A DNA stretch of 64,000 bases from Amoebophrya sp. A120 (Eukaryota; Protista; Dinoflagellata): positions 1,850,920 through 1,914,919 of the forward strand of contig CAJINV010000015.1 of assembly GCA_905178155.1 (NCBI GenBank). Reading direction: 5' to 3'. The position numbers and the translations under genes were made by a program. Below the pieces are notes generated by a model. That model saw only the letters and a list, made by a program, of their open reading frames with translations, did not search any database and was not told the origin of the DNA. Shown here piece by piece: positions 24,211-36,223 of this stretch (its first letter is position 1; each line of letters opens with the position of its first letter).

Positions 24211-26558
24211 ATGTGTCTGAAGCTTTGCTGTGCGCTGGTCGTGACGCTGCTTAGCAGCACTATTGTTCCTGGCAGCGGAGGAGATCTTCTCGCGTACAGC
24301 TACGCCGGCGCCCTTTCATTCGTCCAGGCAACGAATATCGCCGGATCTGCTGCAACGACGAGTACAGGCGCTACGACCGCTTCTCCACCCGCTAATACAA
24401 CTAGTACAGCGACAACCGCCAATTCTTCTCCTTCCCAAACACAAGTCCAACCCCCAGCACCGCCCCGCCCGGCCACCGACACGAGCGAAGAGAACCTGTG
24501 GAAGCAAGTGAGCTCTCTCTGGTGGGTCTTACTCATCGCGGCGTTCATTCTCCTCTTTATCTACCCGGGGCTGTGCTACGAGTTTCTCTTTTCCGACGCG
24601 GACACCATCGAGGAAGCGAACTTGCGGGATCAGGAGTTCATTCTGAAAATACTGAAACACGGACCGCCTGCGAAGTCCGACGTCGTCGCGAGAAACGACG
24701 CGGGCGAAGTGGAGGTGAATTTCAAGCAAATCGGCAACCGGTTTTCCAGTTGGAGTCCCGGACCGGCGGGGAGTAATAATCTAGGAGGTGCAGCAGGGAA
24801 CAATAAAGCGAACAGCAGTAGCGCCGGCCCGAAAAAGCCAGCGCACGGTGTGGGCGGCACGAGGCGACACTCTTTGGTCCGGAAAGACCAACCAGACCAC
24901 AGCGCAGAATCTACTGCCCGGAAGAACAGCTTCGTGACCCAGGAACGCCGGTGGTCCGAAGCGACGTTGGAGTCGAGCTACGACGGGGGTTACTGCAACG
25001 GGTTTGAGTTGTTTCAAAATTCCGTTTTCCAGGCCACGTTTAACTACAAAAAGTCTCTGACGAAGAAAGCGGTCGCGTCGAAGAACAAAACGGCTGCGCT
25101 GATCGCGACTGTCAGTGGGGGTGGTTTGGGCGGTTCAAGCAAAACTACGTCGAATAAAACGCCGAACTCAAATCTGTCCAACAATAAGACCCCCTCGACC
25201 CTCTTCTCTTCCTTCACGAAAGCGGAGGAAGATGCGGCTGCGAATCTCGAAACCGCGTGCTACCACCGGAAGGCGACCAACTGGAAATCCACCCTGGACA
25301 AGGGCTATCCTGCGCAAAAGTACCGTACTCGTATTGATTGCAAATATGCATGACAAATCTCCTTCCACCTAAGGTAAAACAGCATTACAAATTCCCCTTT
25401 TCCTCTTGCCGAAATTTGTGATGCACTTTATACTAGTACAATAGCGAAACTTTTGCAATGCATAAGGGCTACATCGCGTTCACCAATTTCAACCCGGCAG
25501 CCCAGACTTTCACGGGCAACGGGACGGATGAGCGGAACGGACCGTTTGACGTCATCGGGCGGTATGATCAGCAGACGGGGCGGATTTGGTGGAAGCAGAT
25601 TTTCAAACAGCGGATCTCCAGTAGAGGGAGTTTGTTCGGACTCGGAGCGGAAGCGGCGGATCATGGTGCAACCGCGGATCAGACGGGTAGAAAACTCACC
25701 ATCGACGACGGAGCGGAGCCCAGCACCCAATCCACGGTCACCTTGATCTGTGTCGCGGCGAAAATCTCAACTCAAACGGGACGGACGATCACGGGGAGGT
25801 TTATTCCAAACGGGGGTTTGAATCGGGGCGGGGTGATACATCTGTTCCGGAAACCGATTGCCGCGGGAGATCCGGACAAGTACAATTCGGTATTTAGTGT
25901 GACGGGGGTGAAAGACCTCGGAAATAACAATCCGATGTTGCTGGTCGAGAACGAAATCAACGCCGGGCGATGTGGGCCTTCTTCGTCCCTCGACCGTAGC
26001 ATGAGCGGTTTCGGGTCTTCTTCCAGGACTCCAAGCCGGTATTACGCCAGCGCAGTGAACCCGATGGAAGTGGAAAGCGTGGATAGCTACGGAGAGCATG
26101 AAGCACAAGCAGCAAATCCTACTAGAAATGGACCGTCAGGAACTTCAACTTCTTCTTACAACGCCCCGCCTGGAACAACTATGACAGGTTTCTCACCCGC
26201 CCTTTCGCAACAATCCAAGAAGAGTTCGAAAAGCGCAGCTGGTATGAAATCGAACAAAACAACAACATCAGCAACAACTCCCTCCGCCTCTGCAAAAAAG
26301 AAGAAAGAAAAAAAGCACAGCAAGAGAAGCAAGAGAGACGAGCTTGCCGCGAGCAAAACTTCAACGCTGTTTAACCGGTCGACCAGTTCGTTAGAGGAGT
26401 TTGTCACCGATGATCCGGTCGGGTACCGGGTGAGTACTAGTAGCAGTAAGAAGGTGTCGGAGTACGGGATGAAAATTTCTACGGACGTTTTTGAAGCCAG
26501 TTCGGGACACAGTCCGCTCTTCATGGAGAAACACCGGGCAAGCATTGTGCAGGTGTGA
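24211..26558 (+). CDS. Signal-peptide plus single-TM hypothetical membrane protein, 2 exons
   Basis: N-terminal hydrophobic leader; TM LWWVLLIAAFILLFIYPGLCY; join TLDKG|YIAFTNF. Confidence 0.85.
25306..25464. mobile_element. Introner family A (159 bp)
   Basis: Family A TIRs; TSD agggc/agggc. Confidence 0.93.
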
Positions 26559-27421
26559 GGTGGATAGAGGTGGTAGTAGGGCTGCTACTGCTAGTACAGG
26601 TCACCCAAACTTATGATGGATATGGATTAGATTTTCCGCATTGATTCGAATTTCTTCGTACCTCTTCTCACAGATTGATGAAAAAAGTTTTAGCGTCAGA
26701 AGTTTGAACGATTTGTATGATTGGTTGTGCCAGAGTCAGCCTCAGTAATGGAAAAATGCACCTATGATAATGCAGCATAGATAGACATAGACAAAATTCA
26801 TGGTAACTTTTTTGGAAACAAGAAAATCCCAAGATGAATTATCGGATCAACATACTCGTTTTTGTCATGGCACGCACCGCGAAGTAGTAGAGCGCAATGT
26901 CATCTTTGACTTGTTTTTTTGGACAATTTCTTGCCAAGCACACGTTTCAACATAAAGATTTCTATTCCTTGTTTTCCTCGAAGATTAATCGCACCTACGG
27001 GGGATGATGTTGAACTCATTCCGTCGCAGCGTCGTGTCTTGATGTGTTAATGTTCCAGCTTCATCTCATCACCTGAATGCTAAGGGTCGTACTATCACCG
27101 TAAAAAATCCATAGGACAAGATTCTTCTCGCGCTCGAGTCATAACCAACTGCAGCTGGAGCATCTTTGATATTGGACAATGATGACAGCGAGCACTCTAA
27201 TCTGCCATCAAATCTGTAATTTTATTTTCGACGACTGCGCTTGGGCTTGTTGCACGCTGCACTGAATTAACTTAGAAAGAAAAATGCTTCGCTGAGGACA
27301 TCAATACAAGTGGAATTTGCGTCTAGTAAGCATCCAAGGCACCGAGGAGAAGTTTGACACAATCTTCACGTCGAAGAGTAAATTTTTACGAGTTGTAGTA
27401 CTTATTTTCTATAACAAGAGA

Positions 27422-28900
27422 ATGCCACTCCCATTTTTCGTGCAATCTATTTTAGGGACGTCGGCCCTCTTCTCGTTTTTTTCCCTGTTTTCCTCACATT
27501 GCGCTGACTCGGTGCAAGGTTTTAGTCGTGTTGAATCATCTTATTTGAAAAGCAAGATCAAGAAGAGTAACGCACGCAAAAAATCCAAATTCAAAAAAAT
27601 GGGCTCATCTTCCTCCAGCAAGGCTGTTTCACCAACATCCTCAATCCCGATGAAGATCTTGACGAACAAGAACACGCAAGCCACGATGAAAGGTGGGAGT
27701 AAAAAGTCTCCGTCTTCCCGCCCATCGCTCGATATCATGAATCTCGTTGTTCAGACAGAAGCGAACAAGAAGAAAGCGTCATCTTCCCAGTCAAAAGGTG
27801 CAGCTTCTGCTGCAGCTGTTGCCGGTTCTTCGTCTCTCTCCTCGACGACCGGCGGTCCGTCGAGCGGTAGTTCCTCTAGTTCTTCCTCTTCCTCCTCTTC
27901 CAAACGCAGGGGCCATGGAGTTGTATCGTCCACTGCGGGAGCGGCCCCCGCTGGAAATAAGCCCAGATCCATCTCGATTTCCTCCACCTCCAGCAGCGCC
28001 AGCATCTTCGCGAACCAGATGCCGGCGAAGATGAAAGTGCAACCACAACAACAGCAGCCGATGAAGCGCGTGATGCCGCACCGAAACTGCAAGGTGGATT
28101 ACAGTGACGCTATGCCACATGCAGCGAAGGCGTATGAACGGATGCGGGAGAAACTTGCGGCGCGGGGGGAAAAGCTACCGGCACTGAAGATGAACAAGAT
28201 GAAAGCGAAGAACAGCAGTAGATCTTCGCGGTCAGGCTCCATTTCATCTTCGAGCTCATCTGCGGCATCGATGTCCTCCTCGTCGAAGAAGATGAAACAG
28301 GTCATCAAGCCTTCCGGCTCTGCGAAGGGCGGTAAAAACGCGATGAAAAAAGCAACTTCGACTCCTTCCAAATCTTCGTCCTCATCATCCCGGCGGAGCA
28401 AGAAAAGCGACGACAAGGTCGACGAGGTGCTCCACATGACTCTGGAAGTGGGGCCGTTCGAGGTCATGGTCACGGGGGAGAAAAAAATCGAATACAGGGA
28501 GTACAAGGACCGGATGCATTCGCTCTTCGTGAGCAAGGAGAACCGCGCCGCTGGTGATTTCAACACCTTCCGGAAATACAAAGTAGTCCGGTTCAAAAAC
28601 GGCTACCAGTCCAACGCGGCGGTCATGGAGGTCGAGTTTAAGGGGATCCGGAAGAGCAAGGAGGCGGTGGATCAGCAGTTTTCGAATGGCTTACATGTGA
28701 AGTTGAAGAAAGGGGTGACCCACTACGAGATCGACCTCGGGAAGGTGCTGAAGGTGGAGAATTACGACAAGGAAAAAGCCCGGGCTATGACGCAGAAGAA
28801 GTATTTCGGCGTGCCGCTGCCACTGAAGTACAGAACTAGCAGCGCCATGAAGAAAGCTGCAATGAAGAAAGTGCAGCCGGGGAAGACGCAAAAGAAGTGA
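27422..28900 (+). CDS. Ser/Lys-rich protein with C-terminal ASCH (PUA-like) domain; intronless; start codon uncertain
   Basis: LHMTLEVGPFEVMVTGEKKIEYRE has the ASCH GxKxxExR signature, followed by VVRFKNGY...VEFKGI...YEIDLGKVL. Confidence 0.8.
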   Translation: MPLPFFVQSILGTSALFSFFSLFSSHCADSVQGFSRVESSYLKSKIKKSNARKKSKFKKMGSSSSSKAVSPTSSIPMKILTNKNTQATMKGGSKKSPSSRPSLDIMNLVVQTEANKKKASSSQSKGAASAAAVAGSSSLSSTTGGPSSGSSSSSSSSSSSKRRGHGVVSSTAGAAPAGNKPRSISISSTSSSASIFANQMPAKMKVQPQQQQPMKRVMPHRNCKVDYSDAMPHAAKAYERMREKLAARGEKLPALKMNKMKAKNSSRSSRSGSISSSSSSAASMSSSSKKMKQVIKPSGSAKGGKNAMKKATSTPSKSSSSSSRRSKKSDDKVDEVLHMTLEVGPFEVMVTGEKKIEYREYKDRMHSLFVSKENRAAGDFNTFRKYKVVRFKNGYQSNAAVMEVEFKGIRKSKEAVDQQFSNGLHVKLKKGVTHYEIDLGKVLKVENYDKEKARAMTQKKYFGVPLPLKYRTSSAMKKAAMKKVQPGKTQKK

Positions 28901-29864
28901 CGACGAAGCTGATTCGCCTATCTCCTGCGTTATAAGTATGTGCTCACAGTCACCCCTCAGCCCTTTGCCCTTTGCCCTTCCGCATGTAACTCGATAAAGT
29001 CCTGCAGCTCATAAGTTCTAGAAATCTTTTACATCACCCTTCCGGTTTTGATGAATCTACACGCATTGTTGTGCTTCTTCTACTGCGCCTTGGTTGAACT
29101 ACGAGTAAAAAGATGCTTCGCAACCGCTCATCTCATTTCAACAAGCAAGTACTAAAATATGCACACACAAATCCAAATGCGCGTCGAAATGTACGATAAA
29201 TTGCAAACGTCGCTGCAGCTGGAGCTGTTAGCGCGATACCCTTTGATGTCTTCTATAAAAGTCTCATCGGTTTTGTACCGTTCTTTCTTTAGTCGATGAG
29301 CAGACTGTCATGTGGTGTCAAGATGTTTGTGCAGGGATATCGACCTTATTTGTACACCAAGTATGCGTTGCTGTTGCGAATGTTGATCATTTCACTTTCG
29401 TGGAAGCAGAAAAGTAATCAACGAGCAAGGGGACGCTCAGTGCAAGTGCTGCTTGACGCAGCTTTGGCTTTTGATTGCCTATACTAGCCTCCACGTTCTT
29501 GTTTTGATGTCGCATTCGCCCCGTCCTTTCGTTTTGATGATTCGTTGCCAGCATGGAAAACTGAGCGAATGCGAAGGAATGACGAGTATGAGAGTGAGAG
29601 GGAAGATCAAAGACCGGCTGTAGCGGTTGTTCTGGTGAGTGCTTTGTATCGAGGAGCAGAGTGCTATACAATGAATGGGCTTCCTCGTGTGCTTCTATCT
29701 CGCTCGTGCCCATTTCGGTGCGCCGCGTTGAAAAGCAAAAATTGAAGCTGAACACTCTTCGCAGGCAGCTGCTGCTTTACTTAGCTTCAGCTTTTTTAGC
29801 TTCTCCACGTGTACAATTTATCATCCTGCTGAGCAGCGAAAACTCCTACGAACTTACCACGAGA

Positions 29865-32800
29865 ATGGCCGACCTCCCGCTCCGCATCGGCTATTCGCAG
29901 CCGCGAAACTTCGCGCAATGCCAGCCGGTGTTACCGAGCAACGACCCAAGCGCCAGTTTGTACGAGCAGTCGGTGGAGAATTTGGACGACTTCTATCCAG
30001 GAAAAAACACCCATCCCCATCCACTTTTTGCATGACAAATAGTGGATTTTATGCATGTTTTGCATGACAAATTGGATGGGGGTGGGTGTTTTTTCCGGGA
30101 TAACTTCCGCACCGGTTTAGGCTCCATGATGTTCGCGTCGACGACGATGACGAAGTCGAATTTTCTATCAAAAGAAAAAAGTTCGTCACGATCACTCATG
30201 GGCATTTTTGCAATACAAAATTGTCTGTCATGCGTAAAAATGCATCACAGACACAGCCACACTTCATAAGGGATTTCCCTAGTGTTTCTGCAATACAAGC
30301 AGAAGTTGTGATGCTAAAAAAATTTGTAATGCAAAGCCTGCAACTTAGTGACTGTGACAAACTTTATTTTTCTCTCCATATTTTCTCGGCGCCGGTGCTG
30401 CTGGGAATAAAAAGTCGAACTACAAATCTTCCGGAGGAGGTGGACACAGCACCTCATCCAGCACTACAGCGTCGAAATCTTTACTGCAGCGACCAGCGAC
30501 AGTAGACCACCAGGTGACAAGTGCCAGCGCAGCAAACAATAAAATCGACCTGGAGAGCGAGATCTATTCGCAACTTTTCGCGGAAACCGCAAGTGCATTT
30601 AACTCATCAAGGTCGAATAAAATGAGCAACAAGACTCGAGGAGGCGCAACAAGTAGTGTGAGGACCGCGTCAGAAACAGCTGCGACTAAGCGACCATCCA
30701 CTTCTGCCGCCGACGGGGCAACGGAAACCACAAAAGGGAAGAAAAAGGCCACCATCAACGCCCCACTACCGGAGTCAACATCGTCCTTGACAAAGGATTT
30801 GAGTCCGAGTTTCAAAAACACCGAGCCGTTTCGCTGCGACGCGAGGATCACCTCGAGATCTACCTTCGACGAGTACTATCCTGTGCAAAAGTATCGCGCT
30901 CGTAGTAAAATTGCAGTCCTGCATTACAAATTCTTTTCGTAAGGTAAATCTGCACGACAGATTTCACTTCTCATGCTGTCTGAGGAAATTTGTAATGCAT
31001 TTATACGAATGCGATACTTTTGCAATGCATAAGTACATCAAACAATCCAACGAGGCGAAAAGACTCGGGATCTCCCGGAAGGAGGTCGAAATCGAGCAGA
31101 AACTGCGGAAGAAACTGACTTACATCCAGAAACAGCAACGGTTTGATTCCTTAGTCAAGTCCGACGGGACCTTCAAAAGACAAGTTTGGGCGTCCATGAT
31201 CAAGGAGGGGTTGATCGGGTACAATAAGACGAGTAAAAAGGCGCAGGCGGAAATGGGGGCCAGAGACGCTCTATGCATTGCAAAAGTATCGCACTCGTAT
31301 GAATTGCAACTATGCATGACAAACTAGTATGTTAATACTTGAATCAGCATTACAAATTCCAACTTGAACTTTCTTCTTGAGAAAATTTATCATGCAATTT
31401 AATCGTAGTGCGATACTTTTGCCATGCATACGCGCAGTCTTTCCTCCAATTACTCGTCCGGCGATTCGGCACCATCATGCGTGCGTGGCGGAACGGGTTA
31501 GATTTGGACGGGAACGGGAGGATTAGTTACTACGAGTTCTGCAAAGCGGCGAGGGCGATCGGGTACGAGTCGAGTTTGCGGCAGCTGTGGAATGATTTGA
31601 ATGACAACGATGATAAAGCGTTCATCACGCTAGACGAGCTAGACGTGGACACCTTCAACCGCATCAACTACTTCAACGACATTCTGACGAGGAACTTCAG
31701 TTCTTTGAAAGAGGCCTGGCTCTTCTTCGACATTGACAAGCAGAACCAAATTTACGAGAAACAGTTCCGAATTGCGCTGGTATCCACAGTATAATTCCCG
31801 TACACGTACAAGTGCTGTCTCTCTCTCTGCATGGCAAAACTCGGCGTCGATCGTAGTTTAGCATGACAAGTCTCGTCGCACTCCCGATTGGGGAAATTTG
31901 TCATGCGTCTTGTACATCAGGTGCGGGAAATTTGTATTGCATAGCTGGTGGACAAGTTGAATTTCGACACGGCGAAGTACGTATCAAATGCAAAAATGTC
32001 TGGGTCTGGCAGAATGCAGATTTTTGTCATGCTGTTTTTGCATGACACAAAATGTCTGTCATGGAAGCCCTAGCATCACAGATTTCGAGAAGCCTCCGCG
32101 TTGCTTAATCCGCATGACAAACGTCGCCCCATTTCGGTGACAGGAAATGGGCGGCTTTTGCTGTCTATGCATGAGAGATTTGTCTGTGTTGTGTTATTCG
32201 CATCACAAGTTCGCACCCTTCCAGACCCAGACATATTTGCAATGCATAGTACGATTTGAAGAAACTGTATGAAGATCTGGACTACGACGGCAACGGGTTT
32301 TTGACCTTGGATGATTGGCTGTTCCTGAAGAAATGGGTGACCAGCAACGACTGCAAAATGCTGGAGGAGTTCAGGAAGGTATAGATTCTTGTGTGTTTTG
32401 CGCATAGCAAACCGCCTTTTCCATGCACGGTTTTGCATGACAAATTCAAAAAATCACACAACCCCAGGTCCTCCGCTCGAAATATTTCAAGCCGACCGAC
32501 GCGTTCTACAAAGTTTTCGATGTCAACAGGAACGGCTCCATCGACCCATTGGAGTTCGTTGAGGGGTGCAATAAGTTGAAACTGGAGAAACACATCACCG
32601 AGATTGCCATCAATCCAAGACGCCTCTTCGAACTCCTAGACGCCGACGAGTCGGGGGAGATTTCCGTTTCGGAGTTTATCAAACTTTTCACGGCTACCGA
32701 ATCCTCGGAGAACAAAGTAACCGCGGTGGACGAGCACAACCCTCTGCCCGCGATCCAGAAGGAGATCCAGTCGAAATTCGGGTGTATTGTGGATTTGGAG

Positions 32801-35218
32801 GAACTGCAACAACCATTGAAAAAATCCTACCAGTTGTACGACGCGGTATTCCGCCGGTTGGAGGAAACGGAAAGAACAGATTTGCACGAGCTCATCAACT
32901 ACCAGTGGACGGGGCCGGACGAGAGTTTGATGAGCAGAAAATCGAGGTCGAATAATTTGTTCGCAGCTGACGGAACAAATAAGCCGACAGGAGAAAACAA
33001 AGAGCATGTCAGGAAGATCTACTCGGCTGACTCGATCCAAGACATCGCGGATTTGGATTTGTTACTGCAACAGGCGGAGCTGGCGCAGGCGTTTTTGAAA
33101 CGGGCTTTGTTGAAGGAAGAAGTGCTGAAAGAGAATGGGATAATGACAACAGTTAGTACAACGAGTGGAGCTGCAAGTAGAAGCAGCACTAAAACCTCCT
33201 CCAGTCCGGCCGACGACCCGTCAAAAAATTTCGACGCGCAGGAGTTCAAGAAGAAAATCGACCAGATTTGGCCGTCAAAGACGACAACGAAGTCTTCTTC
33301 TCTGCTCAAGTATGCACTGCAAAAGTATCGTAAAAGGTACAAATACATATACAAATTTCCTCAGCATGGGAGCTGCATTTTGTCATGCTGTTTTACCATA
33401 AAAACAAGAGTTGTCATGCATAGTTGCAATTAGTACGAGTGTGATACTTGTTTTGCAATGCATATCAAGCACCCTTTTCAAGAAGCGTTTGATCCGGCGA
33501 TAAAGTCGAAGAAGCGGTGCATCGAGAAAGCGAATTACAAATACGAAGCGACGTTATCCACAGTAAATTTCCCGTACTCGTACAAGTGTGGTTTCTGCAT
33601 GACAAAACTTGCGTGGCTACCGTTTTAAGGTTTAGAGAACGACAGGGACGCCCAGCCCTTAGCTTCCCAACATGACAAAACTTGCACTCAATCCTAGTCC
33701 AGCATGACAAGTTGGGCTCTGCAAGGTAGCGAAATTTGTCATGCATTTTGCACATGTACAGGAAATTTACATTGCATAGACGTATGGGAAAGCGAATAAG
33801 TTCAGGCGGATTCGGGACGTCGCGAGGATTTCCCTGCACTTCAACAAATGTAGGGAATTGTTGTCCGCGTTGAAGTATGAATTGCAAAAGTATCGTACTA
33901 TTATAAATTGCATTACAAATCTCCTCAGCGTGAGAAATAAAATTTGTAATGCGGTTTTAGCTAAGGAAGGCGATTTGTCATGCATGTCTGCAATTAGAAC
34001 GAGTGCGATGCTTTTGCAGTGCATATGAAGCAATTAGACGAGTTCTACAACGTGATCTCCATCGACAACCGGATGAAGTATCCGACGGCGCTGGGGTGGA
34101 GAGACTTCGCCGCGTTAGTGATGATTGAATTGCCGAGTGAAAACCAGAAGAGCCCCGAGATGAAGAAACACGTCTGCGAGATACAGTACAACTAAAGGGA
34201 TGTGTTGATGTTTGCTGATGTCGAACGCTTTTTGTGATGCAACTTTTTGAGAAGAAAATAAAAATCTTGCCGTATGTTCTTCAACTGGCTGCGCCAGAAC
34301 CTGTGATGCAAAAAATCTTATGATCCAAAGAAACCGACTTATCAGGCTCCAACTGACTCCCTTTAACGTCGCGCGGAAGCAGGCCCACCAATACTACCGC
34401 ACTTTGCGCGAGAAAATCCCGTCATTAGTCCAGTCGAAACAGGCCGACGCTTTGCAGGAGGCGATTCTCGACAGTCTGCAAGCCGTGCGGAAATCGGAAT
34501 TCTGTTCCCACGTGACCGTTATGAATTGCAAGAGCATCGTACTAGTAGTAATTGCATTACAAATTACCTCAGCATGACAAATGGAATTTGTCACGCTGTT
34601 TTACCTTGGGATGTAGATTTGTAATGCACAATTGCAATTACTACGAGTACGATACTTTTGCACTGGATGACCGTCGGCGTCGATATGGACCGTTCGAAAG
34701 TGTGGACCCAGCCCTGGTACCAAAACCCACTGGTGTTGGAGGGCAGGGTCGGATCACGACGGGAAAAGATGAAGAACCAGAAAGCGCTGCAAGACCCGGA
34801 AAAAAGCGCGAATAACTCTCCGTTACTCAAAAACCAGTTCCCGAAGAGCAGACCGGAACTCCCGATCGTTTCCATGCGGACCGATTGGATGCGGGGAAAC
34901 ATGCACGGATCCTTTCCGCCGCCGGTACCAGATCTACGGGATAACCGGCCGTGGCTCCCGGCGGGCGGGTTGTTGAACGGGTTGTTTACCAATTTGACCG
35001 CAAATCACGAGATGGAGGACTATGTCACGGAGGGGGAACGGAACAAAATGGTGGAGAAATTGGGAAATTCACCGCCGGGGAATAAACTGTCTGGGGGGAA
35101 GAAGGGCGGAAATGAAGTCCCCGTTGGCGAGGCGAATTTTGATGAAAGGGTGAAAATGTTGGAAAAATCTCGGAAGAATCACGAGAAGAGAAAGCGGGAG
35201 TACTTGCAGAGTCGGTGA
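29865..35218 (+). CDS. Multi-EF-hand protein fused to a RelA/SpoT-synthetase-like nucleotidyltransferase domain, 13 exons
   Basis: Removing 10 introners and 2 GT-AG introns gives one open frame; EF loops DLDGNGRISYYE (31501), DYDGNGFLTLDD (32280), DVNRNGSIDPLE (32519), DADESGEISVSE (32639); then IKSKKRCIEK...IRDVARISL...DNRMKYPTALGWRDF...HVCEIQLQL...AHQYY. Confidence 0.85.
29994..30102. mobile_element. Introner family E (109 bp)
   Basis: Family E TIRs; TSD acttc/acttc. Confidence 0.95.
30166..30380. mobile_element. Introner singleton (215 bp)
   Basis: tatcaaaagaaaaaagttcgtcacgatcact / agtgactgtgacaaactttatttttctctccata; TSD ttttc/ttttc. Confidence 0.85.
30877..31031. mobile_element. Introner family A (155 bp)
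   Basis: Family A TIRs; TSD agtac/agtac. Confidence 0.95.
31272..31430. mobile_element. Introner family A (159 bp)
   Basis: Family A TIRs; TSD cgctc/cgcgc. Confidence 0.9.
31781..31943. mobile_element. Introner family F (163 bp)
   Basis: tatccacagtataattcccgtac / gtgcgggaaatttgtattgcata; TSD gctgg/gctgg. Confidence 0.92.
31982..32248. mobile_element. Introner family B (267 bp)
   Basis: Family B TIRs; TSD gtacg/gtacg; interior inverted relative to the 4974 copy. Confidence 0.95.
32379..32467 (+). other. Canonical GT-AG intron (89 nt) containing the introner motif gcatgacaaa
   Basis: aag|gtatag...ccccag|gtc joins EEFRK|VLRSKYF in frame. Confidence 0.8.
33311..33464. mobile_element. Introner family A (154 bp)
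   Basis: Family A TIRs; TSD tcaag/tcaag. Confidence 0.93.
33555..33778. mobile_element. Introner family F (224 bp, about 73 bp longer than the 40804 copy)
   Basis: tatccacagtaaatttcccgtac / gtacaggaaatttacattgcata; TSD gacgt/gacgt. Confidence 0.93.
33876..34025. mobile_element. Introner family A (150 bp)
   Basis: Family A TIRs; TSD tgaag/tgaag. Confidence 0.95.
34186..34345 (+). other. Canonical GT-AG intron (160 nt)
   Basis: ca|gtacaa...tatcag|g joins HVCEIQ|LQLTPF in frame. Confidence 0.8.
34520..34669. mobile_element. Introner family A (150 bp)
   Basis: Family A TIRs, right end ATG; TSD accgt/accgt. Confidence 0.92.
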
Positions 35219-36223
35219 AGATGGGGGTAAGAACATTGAGGAGGGGGATGGCGCCTATCATCTGGTGCTGTGGTGGAAGCACGTACTTCCTCTAACAGTA
35301 TCCTCTCGGTCTCGTGCTACTTCTATCAAGAATCACTTCCCAGCAGCAGAATGGCTGTAGACTTTCATGTACCTGCAGCTTGCTAAAAGACTTCCTTATT
35401 TTGATCTAGTACAGTACAACTTAGAGCGAAAGCGAATTGAAGTCATTGCCCGTGCTTAATATATCAAGATGTATGATGTTAATCAGTTTCAAGACGAAGA
35501 CAGAAAACAAGATGTGGTCACGCTAGGACTCGTCAGGAAGAGCAGGAACAAATTGGTTGGATTGCACTTGCTAATGTACTGCATTGCTTGTATAGAAGCT
35601 AGCGCCCGTATCAACAATTAAACACGAGCTATAATTCGGCAGGACAAGAGACAGGATCAGATGGAGCGTTGGTCGTGGATGAAAGATGCTTTTGTAATGT
35701 CGTGTGATGGTCGTGCCCCCCGTGTAGCAACTACCTAGGTGAGGATGTGCGCGCTCAAGTTCAGGAAGATTCTTACGCGAGCAGCTGTCTTCTTCATCTT
35801 CAAAGATGAAAGCTACAAGTTCATCACATGGATCTGGATCATTTCCTCCGCGTTTTTGAAGCCCTTCATGTCGTTTGATGACCGCAGGAGTACTAAGAGT
35901 AGAGAGGCAGAGTATTAGACAGAGACCACACACAGTGTAGCTGATTCTGATCTTCTGGTTCGACCCAGCCCACCACAGATCTGTGGCGAGGATCATTGTG
36001 ACTTTAGATCATAGTCTTTTCAATTCTTTGGTCGTCTATCATTTTCCACTAGTATTGGTGTTTTCATCTTTTTGCTGGTCGGAGAAGGTAAAAGTAAATG
36101 TTGTTTGGTCGTGGATGAGGAGATTATGATTCAGTTTGTGTGGATGATGATGTTAACCTACTACTTTTTCGTTTATCCCATTTCAACGCTCTGCATTAGC
36201 TGATGAAAACGAGAAGTTGATCG

